DNA from: a virus
Length of the DNA stretch: 64,000 nucleotides
Virus record (IMG/VR): IMGVR_UViG_3300023179_006727
Coordinates: 1-64,000 of that record
Reading direction: 5' to 3' (one strand)
The notes beneath the pieces are model-generated. The model ran no database searches. It had not been told where the DNA came from and was given only the letters and a program-made list of their open reading frames with translations. Position 1 is the stretch's first letter. Each line of letters starts with the position of its first letter. The translations under genes were made by a program, and so were the position numbers. Positions 41,259 through 52,094 of this stretch are shown here, piece after piece.

Positions 41259-41313
41259 TCTAAATTATACCTATATTAAATTATTTAGCACATTTTAATA
41301 TATGTATATTTTG

Positions 41314-44300
41314 TTATTGTTGTAATACATTTGGAGTAAGAGATGCTACGATAACGATATCACTAGCGGTTGCACCATTGACGAATATTTCAAATGGAGC
41401 ACTTCTTACTTCGTATAGATCACCAAATTTTTGGTTTGGGTCTTGTGGAACAACTACAACAGAGCTTATTAAATCAGCTAATTCAACATGCAAATAAGCG
41501 GTTAATTCACTAAAATAGAAAGTATCACCAAAATTCCATTTATCTAGACTAAAATAGTTATTTAATGCTGTTAAAGCAGTGCTGCGTATTTGACTTTCAC
41601 TAGCAGTAGTTAGTGGACTTTTAATAATTTTAATAGTGCCACGTAACGCAGGATCTGCTTTTTGCCCAAATAGTGGTTTAAATTGAACACTGTTAATTAC
41701 AACACTATCACTTAACATTTTATAATCATCAATACTACTATAGCTTTGAGTTAATTCATTAATTGTTGGAGGTTCAGGTTCAATCAATACATTGGTAGAA
41801 TCATTTAACCAATTTGTATACGATGTATAATATGCTTGTGTTACAACATATAGATCAATAATATTTGTTGTAGCGGGATCAATTCGGGTAGTATTGTTAC
41901 TATTGTGTCGATATTGAAAAATAATATCTCCTCTACCTGTTTTTACACTGTATTTGTAACTTACATCAGTAAGTGTAACAATATTAGTTACATTGTTTAA
42001 AGTACTTGTATACCATGCAGGTTGTGTGGCTATTTTCCCACTTACTGATGATACACCTGTAACCGCATCTGTTAAATCAGGATTACTATATAATGCAAAA
42101 GTAGTCGATGAATATCCCGTGGCTTTTATAAACCGTGTGCCATTATTACCACCCGCACCTGTAATAATCACTTTTTGTCCATCAGTGAACGAATAAAATG
42201 AAGAAACTGTAACTACGGCAGGAGTTGCAGAAGTAATATTTGTTATAGTATATTCAACAGGATTATAATCTGTATAAAATACAGTGTTTGCAGGATACAG
42301 GTAACGATTATCCCATACATCAGCATATGTTTCTTGTGCAATTACAATAGCTCCATTTGGAACAATTTCAGTTCTATATAATCCTAAATTGTCTTCAACA
42401 ATTTCAAAAAATACATAAGGATATGGACTAGTAGAAGTATCACAAATTAATTCAAAGAAATCAGGATTACTTGCAAATCCTGTATCTATATCAATTGCAG
42501 AAATTTCTACTGCATAATCATCAGAATAGCCATCACTTTCAATTGGTTGGGCAATAATATCTAAATAATAATTTGTACCTAATGGTTGTGCGCTTTGTAA
42601 ATTTGGATTAACACTTTGAACACTAACATAGTCAGCAATTGTTTTTCCACTTTTTGGATCAAAAACTTTTTCAAAAGTATCGAAAAAAAATCTTACTTCA
42701 TCTACACTACCAAAATAATATTGTAGTGTGCGATATCGAACATAATATGCATTGTCAATAACATTGTACGTAAAACTCATAAAATAAGTCGTAGGCACTA
42801 CGTTTGAAGTTGGAATAGGGGTAACAACGCTCCATCTTTCTAAATTTGCTGTCAAGGAATTATCAAACACTAATGCAAAATTTTGTTTTAATTGAATCAA
42901 TGTTAAACATTGTCTAATAAGTGTATTACTTAATGATGAATCAATTGGAGGTATAATACCCGTTGCTTGACTACTTGAAGTACCACCACTTGTATAAACA
43001 TTATATATCGCTGTATTAACAGGATTTTCTAATGCACTATCATTATACAATGCATAAGTTGTGGCTGAATAACCACTTACTTTCGCATAATAAGTATTAT
43101 TATTAAGTTCTGTCATACCACCAACACCACTGATAACAACTGCTTGTCCATCGATTAATAAATGTGTTGATGAAGTAGTAACTACTCCTGGGATGGCGCT
43201 TGTTATATTAGTAATTGTTTTTGTAGCTGTTAATGTTTTGTCAATGACAGCATCTTGTGGTATATATTCACTAAGGGTAATCGGACCGTTACCATTTTCT
43301 AAATTACCTGTATTATAATTAGAACCATCTTCAATAACTTGTTCAACACCTGCCCATATAAAAGTTTTATCACCTAAAGCATAATTTGGCGTTCTAGTAA
43401 CAATTCTATTATTTTTATCAAAACATTGAGTATTTGGATCAGGACATACAAACTTGATTAAAGTTCCTGTAGCAATGTATCTAAGATCTGTTCCGTTAAG
43501 GGGTCCTACTGATTGAGGAAATTCTGATGTTGTATTAATATAAAAATAACCCGTAACGTTATTACTATTAACTGTGCTTAAATTCCAATATGCATTATAA
43601 TTACCTGCTACTCCTGCAGGTTGATAATATCCACTATATCTTGGGTAATATTCTAAATAATATTGTTGACATTGTTGACTATTTAAAATTTGTTGGAAAG
43701 ATTGAGTTAAAAATTCTGTAGCAAAGTTAATGTTACTTAAACTAAAAGTTGTAGCAGTTGTAGGTGCTCCTGTTGTAGGATCATCACCATCTAATTTCCA
43801 CAATGCACCATCATCAGCATATACATTTGTACTACTATATTTTCCTGTTGGATCTAATAAGTCTAAACTACGATTTACACCAATACTACTGCGATTTAAT
43901 GCTTTTGATTTAATAATACTATTATATAAAGTATATGGAAAATTAGTATAGTCTTCTCCATTAACCATACGATTTTGTGTATAATATCTTGCAGGAGCAC
44001 GTTCTTTTATACTATTTAAACTTTCACGTGTCTGTGCTGTATTGACAGGTAATTGTAAAGATAATGTTAAAGTTAATGTTTCAATACGATTTGAACGACT
44101 TAAATATCCAATATTTACAGTAATTCCCTGCATTTCATTAGGATCAATGGTATATTTTAATGCATTTCCACTGCGAACATATGCTCTAAAACTACCAACA
44201 GGAATTTCTGCAAAGATACCATCACCAAAAATATAAGTGACTTGATCATTAAATCGTGAAGTAACGCTAAAAATTTTTCTTTGGCTATTCTCTAATTGTA

Positions 44301-45252
44301 ATTGTGCATTTGCATAAACACTTTCAACCTGATTCCATAATTCGCTTGTAACTTGATCGCTATTTAATTTATAAAGCCAAGTATCAGTATTATTAATACC
44401 TTCTATATTAATTAATTGTACATTGTTTTCAATAGCTTCAGCGAATGCAAAATCAACGTTAGTAAGTACACCTTGTTTAAAATAAGAAAACCATCCTGTA
44501 TTTGGGCTTCCAAAACCTAATTTATCATTTTGGTATAAAATATTAAATGCGCCAACGGGTGCGGGTGGAATTTCATATAGTGCATTAGAATTTAAACTAG
44601 TAACACTAACAAGTTCAAAATTCATATCAACACCATCTATTTGTGCCACATAAGGTACAACAGGTAAAAAGTTATCAGGTATAGCTATAGTATATTCATC
44701 AGTTTTTATGCCTAAAAGGGTGGCAGAGTTGCCTGGTCTGCCGACGTATTGACTACTAATTAAAGATGCGTTAATAATACTATTAAATTGTGTTTGCCAA
44801 TATGGATTTGATGGGTCATTCCACTGTATAATTTGATTGCCTAGGGCATTGCCATTAATATCACGTATATTTTCAGTTGTTTGTACAGCTACAATTTTAA
44901 CAATTCCTTGAGCACAAGTGTTTCTTTTTGGATTATAACTTACTAAATTGGCTAATTTTATAACTGAATCACGTCTTTCTGCAGTATCAATAAAATTTTC
45001 ACGTGCATTTAAATCACTTCTAAACGCCATAGACTGACCCATAAAAGCAATAATATCTAGTAAAGCTATAAATTCACTGCTTTCAATATAATCATTAAAT
45101 GTTTCGGGATAATAATTAGTTAAATAATCAATAAATGATTTACGTAAAGTTTCATAATCATAACTTGTAAAGTCAGCTTCACGGTAAGTTTGGTAAATTT
45201 TTTTCCAATCTTGTACTCCAAACAGTGCACTTTGTCTCGTACTTGATGCCAT
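41314..45252 (-). CDS. gp6: Baseplate wedge subunit, T4 gp6-like
   Basis: DYETLRKS...FNDYIESSE...LLDIIAF...ENFIDTAERRDSV...LVSYNP, FGDG, ESLNSIKERAP..YTQNRMVNGEDY. Confidence 0.85.
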   Translation of the reverse strand: MASSTRQSALFGVQDWKKIYQTYREADFTSYDYETLRKSFIDYLTNYYPETFNDYIESSEFIALLDIIAFMGQSMAFRSDLNARENFIDTAERRDSVIKLANLVSYNPKRNTCAQGIVKIVAVQTTENIRDINGNALGNQIIQWNDPSNPYWQTQFNSIINASLISSQYVGRPGNSATLLGIKTDEYTIAIPDNFLPVVPYVAQIDGVDMNFELVSVTSLNSNALYEIPPAPVGAFNILYQNDKLGFGSPNTGWFSYFKQGVLTNVDFAFAEAIENNVQLINIEGINNTDTWLYKLNSDQVTSELWNQVESVYANAQLQLENSQRKIFSVTSRFNDQVTYIFGDGIFAEIPVGSFRAYVRSGNALKYTIDPNEMQGITVNIGYLSRSNRIETLTLTLSLQLPVNTAQTRESLNSIKERAPARYYTQNRMVNGEDYTNFPYTLYNSIIKSKALNRSSIGVNRSLDLLDPTGKYSSTNVYADDGALWKLDGDDPTTGAPTTATTFSLSNINFATEFLTQSFQQILNSQQCQQYYLEYYPRYSGYYQPAGVAGNYNAYWNLSTVNSNNVTGYFYINTTSEFPQSVGPLNGTDLRYIATGTLIKFVCPDPNTQCFDKNNRIVTRTPNYALGDKTFIWAGVEQVIEDGSNYNTGNLENGNGPITLSEYIPQDAVIDKTLTATKTITNITSAIPGVVTTSSTHLLIDGQAVVISGVGGMTELNNNTYYAKVSGYSATTYALYNDSALENPVNTAIYNVYTSGGTSSSQATGIIPPIDSSLSNTLIRQCLTLIQLKQNFALVFDNSLTANLERWSVVTPIPTSNVVPTTYFMSFTYNVIDNAYYVRYRTLQYYFGSVDEVRFFFDTFEKVFDPKSGKTIADYVSVQSVNPNLQSAQPLGTNYYLDIIAQPIESDGYSDDYAVEISAIDIDTGFASNPDFFELICDTSTSPYPYVFFEIVEDNLGLYRTEIVPNGAIVIAQETYADVWDNRYLYPANTVFYTDYNPVEYTITNITSATPAVVTVSSFYSFTDGQKVIITGAGGNNGTRFIKATGYSSTTFALYSNPDLTDAVTGVSSVSGKIATQPAWYTSTLNNVTNIVTLTDVSYKYSVKTGRGDIIFQYRHNSNNTTRIDPATTNIIDLYVVTQAYYTSYTNWLNDSTNVLIEPEPPTINELTQSYSSIDDYKMLSDSVVINSVQFKPLFGQKADPALRGTIKIIKSPLTTASESQIRSTALTALNNYFSLDKWNFGDTFYFSELTAYLHVELADLISSVVVVPQDPNQKFGDLYEVRSAPFEIFVNGATASDIVIVASLTPNVLQQ

Positions 45253-45273
45253 ATTATATCCCTTGTAAAGTAT

Positions 45274-45720
45274 TTATACAGTGCTCGCTTGCCCTGTACT
45301 TCTATCTAAAAGCACAGCAAGATTTACAGGATTATTAAATGGAGTAAATGCAATTTCAAGCTCTAATAAAATGCCATTCTCTTGATTATTAATATAAACT
45401 GATCCTAAAATAATTCTTGGATCTTGTGAAATTATTCTGCGTACTTCATCTTCAATTTGACCCAAAACAATAGTACTATTTGGTTCAAATAAAAATCCCC
45501 ATAGTGTAGAACCATAAGCAGGTTGACCAACTTTATCTCCCTGTTTAATATTAAAGGCATTCAATAGGTCACGAATTATTAAATTTTCATCAGTTAAAGT
45601 AAATTTTTTAGTAATTGGAACAGGTCGAGTTATTCCTGCAACGCCCCCAAATTTACCAGGCTCAGTAAATCTAGTTAATAATCCAAGTTCTTGAGTTGAA
45701 AATCCGTAATATGTAGCCAT
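45274..45720 (-). CDS. gp25: Baseplate wedge subunit/sheath initiator, gp25-like
   Basis: DLLNAFNIKQGDKVGQPAYGSTLWGFLFEP...DPRI. Confidence 0.88.
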   Translation of the reverse strand: MATYYGFSTQELGLLTRFTEPGKFGGVAGITRPVPITKKFTLTDENLIIRDLLNAFNIKQGDKVGQPAYGSTLWGFLFEPNSTIVLGQIEDEVRRIISQDPRIILGSVYINNQENGILLELEIAFTPFNNPVNLAVLLDRSTGQASTV

Positions 45721-45741
45721 AATATAGTATTTATGTTCTCT

Positions 45742-48700
45742 TTAAGTTGCATTTTCACCTGCAGATTCTTGCTTTAACAATGTTGCATATGCTGCTTCAG
45801 CTTCTTGTAGACTTTTTAATCTCATATCTGCTTTTTCTATCCATTGTTGGTTTAATCTTAGATATGCTGCCTTATCAATTTTTCCTTCTTGATAATTTTC
45901 AATTATTTTTTGGCGGTATAAAATTAATTCTTTAGTTTTTGCTGTTTCTTCTTGTACTCGTCTACCTGCTTCTTCAATTGCTATTTGTTGTTGATTAGGC
46001 TCTTCAGGAGTTTTCGGACCTACCGCAAAAACAGGAGCAGGTATTTTGGCATCGCCTACTAATGATCCTGATTTTGCAATTATTGCAGCACTATTAAAAG
46101 TTCCCGTAGCTATAATTGGTGTTTTCAATTCTGAATTAATAGATGCTAATGATCCTACTTTTGTCAAAATCTGACCATTTACCCCACCTGCTGCTTTTTG
46201 TAAATTTTCTCCAACCGCACTAATCGATGCTTTTGATGCATTCACCGCCGATGGAATATTACTTACATTGCCTGCTAAATTTTTAAAAGTATTTGTCACT
46301 GCTCCTGTTACAGCTTGAACTAGTCCATTTGCAGATTTTGCTGCAGACGAAACTAAAGAAGATGCATTAGTGCCAACTGTTGATACTATTTTATTAACTA
46401 TATTAGATGTATCTTTTCCTGTAACAGAATTTGTTATCGTATTTACTACAGAACCCACTCCCCCAGGTATCGCATTTGACCCACTATTTGCAGTCGTTGC
46501 TACCATGGCTGCGCCACTTGTTATTTTATTTGATATTGCTTGCATATTTTGTGCATTTAATGAACCACCTACCGCACCTTTAACTATTGAAGCATCTACA
46601 CTTCCTGTTGATGAAGCTACATTAGATTGTTGTTCTTTTTCAATTTGTGCTAAAGCTTGTTTTAATTTTTGGCCTGCTTCATCCCACGCTGCTTTGTTTT
46701 CAGGTGTTTTATCAGCGTAGTAAATTTGTAATTTTTCTCTAACATCTTTGTATAAAAATTCAATATTTGCAATTGCTTTTGTATTTACTCCTAAAGGTAA
46801 TGCAGGTTCACCACCACCTAAAACATTTGGTTCTCCTGCTTTTAAGTTAGTAAATGAAGCTTCTATACCACGAAAAGCTTGTTCAGCCAATGATTGTAAA
46901 TTATTTGCTGCCCCTTTAATTGCACTACTTACCGCATTTACTGTTCCTGATACTGCATTATTGATACTTGAAGCAACTCCTGTCATCCCATTAAGTGCTT
47001 TATCTGCTAAACTACCTGCAAAATTTCCACTAGCAACATCATTACTGATCTTAGCAAGTGAAGCTGTATTACCATTAAGTGCTTTAGTAACTGTACCAAT
47101 ACCTTGATTTGCTGTTGCCATTGCCAAACCTGTTACTTGAGTGACATTTAAATTCGGAGAAATTGCCCCTGTATTTTGTAATTGTACAACACTTTTATTT
47201 AAAGTATTTACAAATGCTCCTACTTGTGCAGAAGAATTATTAAGAAATTGTTGTGCACTTTGTGCTCCTTGAGAACCTGTCAAAATACTATTTGATAAAG
47301 CAACTGATTCAGGGAATCCTGCGTCAAGTTTTCTTTGAGCTATGATGTTGCTGCCTGGTTTAATTACGCCGCTTTCAGCCATTTGTGTTAAAGATGAAAC
47401 CTTTGCACCAACCAATCCATTTGCAGTAGCAGCAGCATTACTTAAAAATGAATTATTTGTAGCCTGTTGAGCAATTAATGTTAAATTAGTATTATTTGGC
47501 AAAACATTCTTTGTTCCGATATTAATATTCGCATTAGCTGCAGCAGTCGATGTTGTAGCAGGTGTTTTAGGTGAAGATGGTACAGCATTTTGTAAAGCTT
47601 GTGTTTTAGGTGGAGCTTCGGGAGCTGCTTTTGCCGCAACTAAACTAGATTTTACTGAAACTCCCCCTGTAGTACCATTGGTTTCAGGCATAGGATAATG
47701 GCTTGTTACACGGGTGGTAATGCTTTGGAGTTTGCCTGGGGTGTTGATCCATCCTTTTTCAGTAGAATAGATCGTATCAGGATAATTTTTTGGTTTATTT
47801 TCTTCTACATCTTTTGCTATTACAGAAGGATTACGAGTATTTAATTGAATATTTTTCCCTTTTATTACAACATCCGCTCCGTTACTATATAAATTTGCTT
47901 CTCCTTTACTTTGTAATGCCACGCTATCGTTAGCGTACACTGTGTATTTGTTACCCGCACTTGAATTAAAATCAGTACCTGCACGATTTGTAATAGTCGT
48001 TTCTGATTCTATACCAATAGTATTTGCTCTTATACGAAAATCTTTGCCTGCATGCATGTTAATATGTTGATCAGCATGAAAATTTAAATCACCTAATGTA
48101 CGCACGTTAAAACTGTTGGTAGAAAATACATCAATTGCACCTTCACTATTCATTTCTATCCAACTTTGACCATTACTATGCATTAAAAACAATGTTTGTC
48201 CATCATCACTCATAGTAATTTGATGACCACCTGCACTACGCAAACGAATAAGTTGATTATTTCCTTCGATGTCACCATCATCCATTACTAACGAATGACC
48301 ACCTGTTCTACCTATAACTTTAAACTTTTTAGGATTTTTTTCATCCTTTATTGCATTTTTAATCGTTTGATTATTAAAACCACCCTCGTAGATTTCGCCA
48401 CCTGGGGTGCTGATGCCAAATACTCTGCTTGGAGTTTCACGGTATGTGCTACTTGATATAACACCACGAGTGCTATCCCTAATCAAACCCTGTTGGAACA
48501 AAATTGCTGCCTGATAAGAATGTACAGGTCTTGGTTCTTCATAAAATACTGCACTGTCATTAATACCTGAATTATTAGTATTAATTTCTGAAACAGGTAA
48601 AATATCTGCACCACCATAAGATGTAGATTCTGTTTTATTAGGTACAACCCTACTCGACCCAGGAGCCACCGCAGGAACCATATTATGCACCTCTACTTTT

Positions 48701-49086
48701 GGTATGCATCCTATATAATATCCTTGATTTATAAAACCATTAACAAATAAGCAAATTACTTCTGTTCCTATATCAGGTGGTGTAGCCCAAAAACCATAAC
48801 TTTGTGGATTGTTTTTAAAATCACCTGCGGTGTCGCTTGGGGAGTAGGAGTCAAGATACCCATAAAATGGGCTTAAATATCTAACAGGAATCCAACTTGC
48901 GCTATCTTCAGGGTTATTACTTTGTTGTATTCCTGATATCCAAACTTTTAAAATTCCTGTTCTACATGCATCAATACTATCTTTTACAATGCCAATTCGT
49001 GGCTCTCTTATTAATGAAGCACCACCACGATCTGTTTTTAATTGAGCAGGTGTTCCTCTTGCTTTTGGTAAATTATTTGCTGCCAT
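45742..49086 (-). CDS. gp5: Baseplate hub/central spike, gp5/VgrG-like, with long Ala/Ser/Asn-rich C-terminal extension
   Basis: OB-fold (GIVKDSID...LKVWI...PPDIGTEVICLF...YIGC); beta-helix repeats (GHSLVMDD, GHQITMSD). No lysozyme domain recognised. Confidence 0.75.
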   Translation of the reverse strand: MAANNLPKARGTPAQLKTDRGGASLIREPRIGIVKDSIDACRTGILKVWISGIQQSNNPEDSASWIPVRYLSPFYGYLDSYSPSDTAGDFKNNPQSYGFWATPPDIGTEVICLFVNGFINQGYYIGCIPKVEVHNMVPAVAPGSSRVVPNKTESTSYGGADILPVSEINTNNSGINDSAVFYEEPRPVHSYQAAILFQQGLIRDSTRGVISSSTYRETPSRVFGISTPGGEIYEGGFNNQTIKNAIKDEKNPKKFKVIGRTGGHSLVMDDGDIEGNNQLIRLRSAGGHQITMSDDGQTLFLMHSNGQSWIEMNSEGAIDVFSTNSFNVRTLGDLNFHADQHINMHAGKDFRIRANTIGIESETTITNRAGTDFNSSAGNKYTVYANDSVALQSKGEANLYSNGADVVIKGKNIQLNTRNPSVIAKDVEENKPKNYPDTIYSTEKGWINTPGKLQSITTRVTSHYPMPETNGTTGGVSVKSSLVAAKAAPEAPPKTQALQNAVPSSPKTPATTSTAAANANINIGTKNVLPNNTNLTLIAQQATNNSFLSNAAATANGLVGAKVSSLTQMAESGVIKPGSNIIAQRKLDAGFPESVALSNSILTGSQGAQSAQQFLNNSSAQVGAFVNTLNKSVVQLQNTGAISPNLNVTQVTGLAMATANQGIGTVTKALNGNTASLAKISNDVASGNFAGSLADKALNGMTGVASSINNAVSGTVNAVSSAIKGAANNLQSLAEQAFRGIEASFTNLKAGEPNVLGGGEPALPLGVNTKAIANIEFLYKDVREKLQIYYADKTPENKAAWDEAGQKLKQALAQIEKEQQSNVASSTGSVDASIVKGAVGGSLNAQNMQAISNKITSGAAMVATTANSGSNAIPGGVGSVVNTITNSVTGKDTSNIVNKIVSTVGTNASSLVSSAAKSANGLVQAVTGAVTNTFKNLAGNVSNIPSAVNASKASISAVGENLQKAAGGVNGQILTKVGSLASINSELKTPIIATGTFNSAAIIAKSGSLVGDAKIPAPVFAVGPKTPEEPNQQQIAIEEAGRRVQEETAKTKELILYRQKIIENYQEGKIDKAAYLRLNQQWIEKADMRLKSLQEAEAAYATLLKQESAGENAT

Positions 49087-49098
49087 AGTATTTTATCT

Positions 49099-51795
49099 TT
49101 ACGGAAATGTTGGTGGTTCTCTTGTTGAATCAGGTGGCGGAACTCTTGCCAATAATCTTGAATTTTCATTTTGTATTACAGCATCATCATTAAATGCTTG
49201 ATTATTTAAATTAGGGGTAGATTGAACAGCAAAATCATAAGGAGGTTGCCAAGTAGGAGTTGGAGCAGGTTTTAGATCACCTGTTTTATTATTGTTATTA
49301 ACAGCATTTGCTTGTGAAGTTTCCCTAGGATTAGTGTTATTTGGGGTTGCTTTGGAGTTAGATTTAAAAAAGGCTCCTGGGTCGATTAGAACACCGTTTA
49401 AATCCTGAGTAAATTTTCCACGAGAAAAATTACTAGTAACATGGCGTAGCATATAAACTAAAGAATCACTATCTACTGCTTCATCACTAAATTGTTTTGA
49501 ATTATAAAAACCTATACTAGCATTTAATCCCATCAATCCATTTTCTTCTGAGTATTGCACCGAACTATTTCTTGGATTTAATATTGCGTTATAATCTACT
49601 GCTTCTTTAAATGATATTTCTACAAAGACTTGACCTCCATTTGGATTTATAGTATAACCATCATAGCTATATACACTAAATTTTTTATAAAAATTTTCAT
49701 TTAATGTATCAGTTCCAACAGATTGAGTAAGATAATCAGGATCTCCTAAAATAGTTGCTTTAAATTCAACTTGATCTTTTGGACTTGTTAACGCAGTAGC
49801 TATTTGAGCAGTTTGGCTTCCTGTAATCCCACCTCCACTGCTATCAATAGGAGCATCAGGACCGCCCAACGCTGAAATAGGTGCACTACCTAAATTATTA
49901 CTATTAGTCTTATCTTGCCCTGTTGTTTGTGCTAGTAACAAATAAAATAATCCACTATAATTTTGCTCATAACTGATTATTTCACTATTTTTTCCTGTTA
50001 ACCAATACTCATATTTTTTGTGTGCACCCGTATATTGTGCCCTAGCACCTACATAAGGACTACGTACATAAGGAATTTTAAATTCGTGAATTTGATAAGT
50101 TATGTCATATGCCCAATCTTTACGTTTAGCGTCCCAAGCACGAGGTTTTACATATGGATTAACATGATACCAATTTAAATTTTTAGTTGAAGCTTGATTT
50201 TCAGTCTCACCTTCATCTTCAGATGGAGTATTAACTTGATTGATTGCGTTTATGACATAATCACTTTGTCTAATAATTTGATCAATAGCACTTAGTATTG
50301 GAGTTGGTGATATCGGAACATTGGTTGCAGTTGATATTCCTATAGTGTTTTGAGATTCTTGTACATTACTTTCATAACTAACATCTACATCTGAAGTCAC
50401 TGTATTTGTTTTATCTAGTATAGATATTTTTAATTTTGAATTTAAAATATCACTACCGTTTTCAAATTTGATAAAATAACGATCTACCTCATCAATGACA
50501 TTAGAACCCTTTAAAGACTCTTGTATACTGTTTAATTGTGTAACTAAACCATTTGTTCCTGTTAATATCTGATTTACAGTGCTGCCTTTACATGATATAG
50601 TAGTAGGAACAATGCCACGTTTTGATCCATAAGCTACACTAATTGACATTGGAGCAGCTTTAATATTGTAAACAGTTGCTTTACCATCTAATTTAAATTT
50701 AAATTCAGTGATTTTTATAACATAAAATCTTTCAAAAATTGCATCAGGTGTAGTGCCCATTGTTTCATTAGGGCTAAACTTTTTAGAATCAACTAATGCT
50801 CCATTTTCATCATAACCATAAAATCTTACAGCTAAAACAAAATGTTGATCTAATGGATTTGGTGTTTTGTTTGGATTTCTATTATTTAAAATTTGACTGT
50901 TTTGGTACAAATTTTGTACAGCTTGTACTAATTTAGTGGGTAATGAAAAACTATTAGGTTCTATAATTTTAAATTCAAAATTCATCCCACTCGCAGGTCC
51001 TCCTGGGATCATTAAAATTGTCTTAAAACTTAAGTCATCGATATAGTAGTCGTAGATCATGCCTGGGGCACGAAGGGCAGGATTACCAACCCCTGCACTT
51101 TGAGCAATAATATACGCTTGTGGTTTTGATCCTGAACTAGTTGGAAGCATTGTATTAATATTTCTAAATTGTGATTCTTGTAGATTTGTTATTGCATCAG
51201 GATTTGCCATATACCATGTTATATTATAAGTATAACTAGATAACATACTTAGTGGATTAAATTGCCGACGACCAGGTATCGTACTATCATCACCTGCAGG
51301 TGCACGAATTGTTACAGTTTGGTTAGCAGATCCTGTATTTGTAGTATTTTGTGTAACACCATCACCACTTGGATTATTAACACCTGTAGCGACACCTTGT
51401 TGACTAGGTTTGTTTTCTTTATTATCATCATCTGATGCGGTTGATGATGGTTCATCTTGATCTACAGTATCACCTGTTTCACCTTCTGTAACTGTTGAAG
51501 ATTCAGGTGGCGTTGGTTCCGTAACAGGTTTTGGTTCAGTTGCAGGTGGAGCAGGATCTTCTTTGGGTTTAGGTTGTAAGGCAGCTAATATTTCACTAAT
51601 ATTATTATTAGCAATATTTGTTAATGCCTCTTCTGAACCTTCGGCTGATGGGGATCCTTTAAATCCACTTATAAATGTCGCAGTTGAAAAATTACTAATA
51701 GATCCAAGATCTATAGATCGTTTTGTACCTGTTAATATAACTCTTCCTGAAGCAGAAAGTGAAAAATTAAAACCATTTATTGTAATTGAACTCAT
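49099..51795 (-). CDS. Probable baseplate hub protein (gp27-like) with Pro/Thr/Asp-rich N-terminal linker
   Basis: FEFKIIEP, TILGDP and VTSNFSRGKFTQDL motifs; lies between the gp53-like and gp5-like genes. Confidence 0.6.
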   Translation of the reverse strand: MSSITINGFNFSLSASGRVILTGTKRSIDLGSISNFSTATFISGFKGSPSAEGSEEALTNIANNNISEILAALQPKPKEDPAPPATEPKPVTEPTPPESSTVTEGETGDTVDQDEPSSTASDDDNKENKPSQQGVATGVNNPSGDGVTQNTTNTGSANQTVTIRAPAGDDSTIPGRRQFNPLSMLSSYTYNITWYMANPDAITNLQESQFRNINTMLPTSSGSKPQAYIIAQSAGVGNPALRAPGMIYDYYIDDLSFKTILMIPGGPASGMNFEFKIIEPNSFSLPTKLVQAVQNLYQNSQILNNRNPNKTPNPLDQHFVLAVRFYGYDENGALVDSKKFSPNETMGTTPDAIFERFYVIKITEFKFKLDGKATVYNIKAAPMSISVAYGSKRGIVPTTISCKGSTVNQILTGTNGLVTQLNSIQESLKGSNVIDEVDRYFIKFENGSDILNSKLKISILDKTNTVTSDVDVSYESNVQESQNTIGISTATNVPISPTPILSAIDQIIRQSDYVINAINQVNTPSEDEGETENQASTKNLNWYHVNPYVKPRAWDAKRKDWAYDITYQIHEFKIPYVRSPYVGARAQYTGAHKKYEYWLTGKNSEIISYEQNYSGLFYLLLAQTTGQDKTNSNNLGSAPISALGGPDAPIDSSGGGITGSQTAQIATALTSPKDQVEFKATILGDPDYLTQSVGTDTLNENFYKKFSVYSYDGYTINPNGGQVFVEISFKEAVDYNAILNPRNSSVQYSEENGLMGLNASIGFYNSKQFSDEAVDSDSLVYMLRHVTSNFSRGKFTQDLNGVLIDPGAFFKSNSKATPNNTNPRETSQANAVNNNNKTGDLKPAPTPTWQPPYDFAVQSTPNLNNQAFNDDAVIQNENSRLLARVPPPDSTREPPTFP

Positions 51796-52094
51796 TATAA
51801 TCCTAATACCGCTTTTAATGTTTCCGCTGTTGGTAAGTAAATATAAATTCCTTGCACAAAATCAAATAATGGATTAATTAATTTATTTGGATTACGTTGT
51901 GCGAATACCCACCATAATTTTGGATCATCATATAAATCATAAGCTAATAAATCAGGTCGCAAATGATAGGTAGGACCTATTTGCCAATATAAATCAGATG
52001 GATTTTTTGGTATTGCTCTATTAGTCATAACATCTAAGTAATTGTTGTTAACAATATTTGTAATATAATACGGACTTGTTGATGGATATTTCAT
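51795..52094 (-). CDS. gp53: Baseplate wedge protein, gp53/LysM-like
   Basis: RPDLLAYDLYDDPKLWWVFAQRN...IYLP. Confidence 0.8.
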   Translation of the reverse strand: MKYPSTSPYYITNIVNNNYLDVMTNRAIPKNPSDLYWQIGPTYHLRPDLLAYDLYDDPKLWWVFAQRNPNKLINPLFDFVQGIYIYLPTAETLKAVLGL

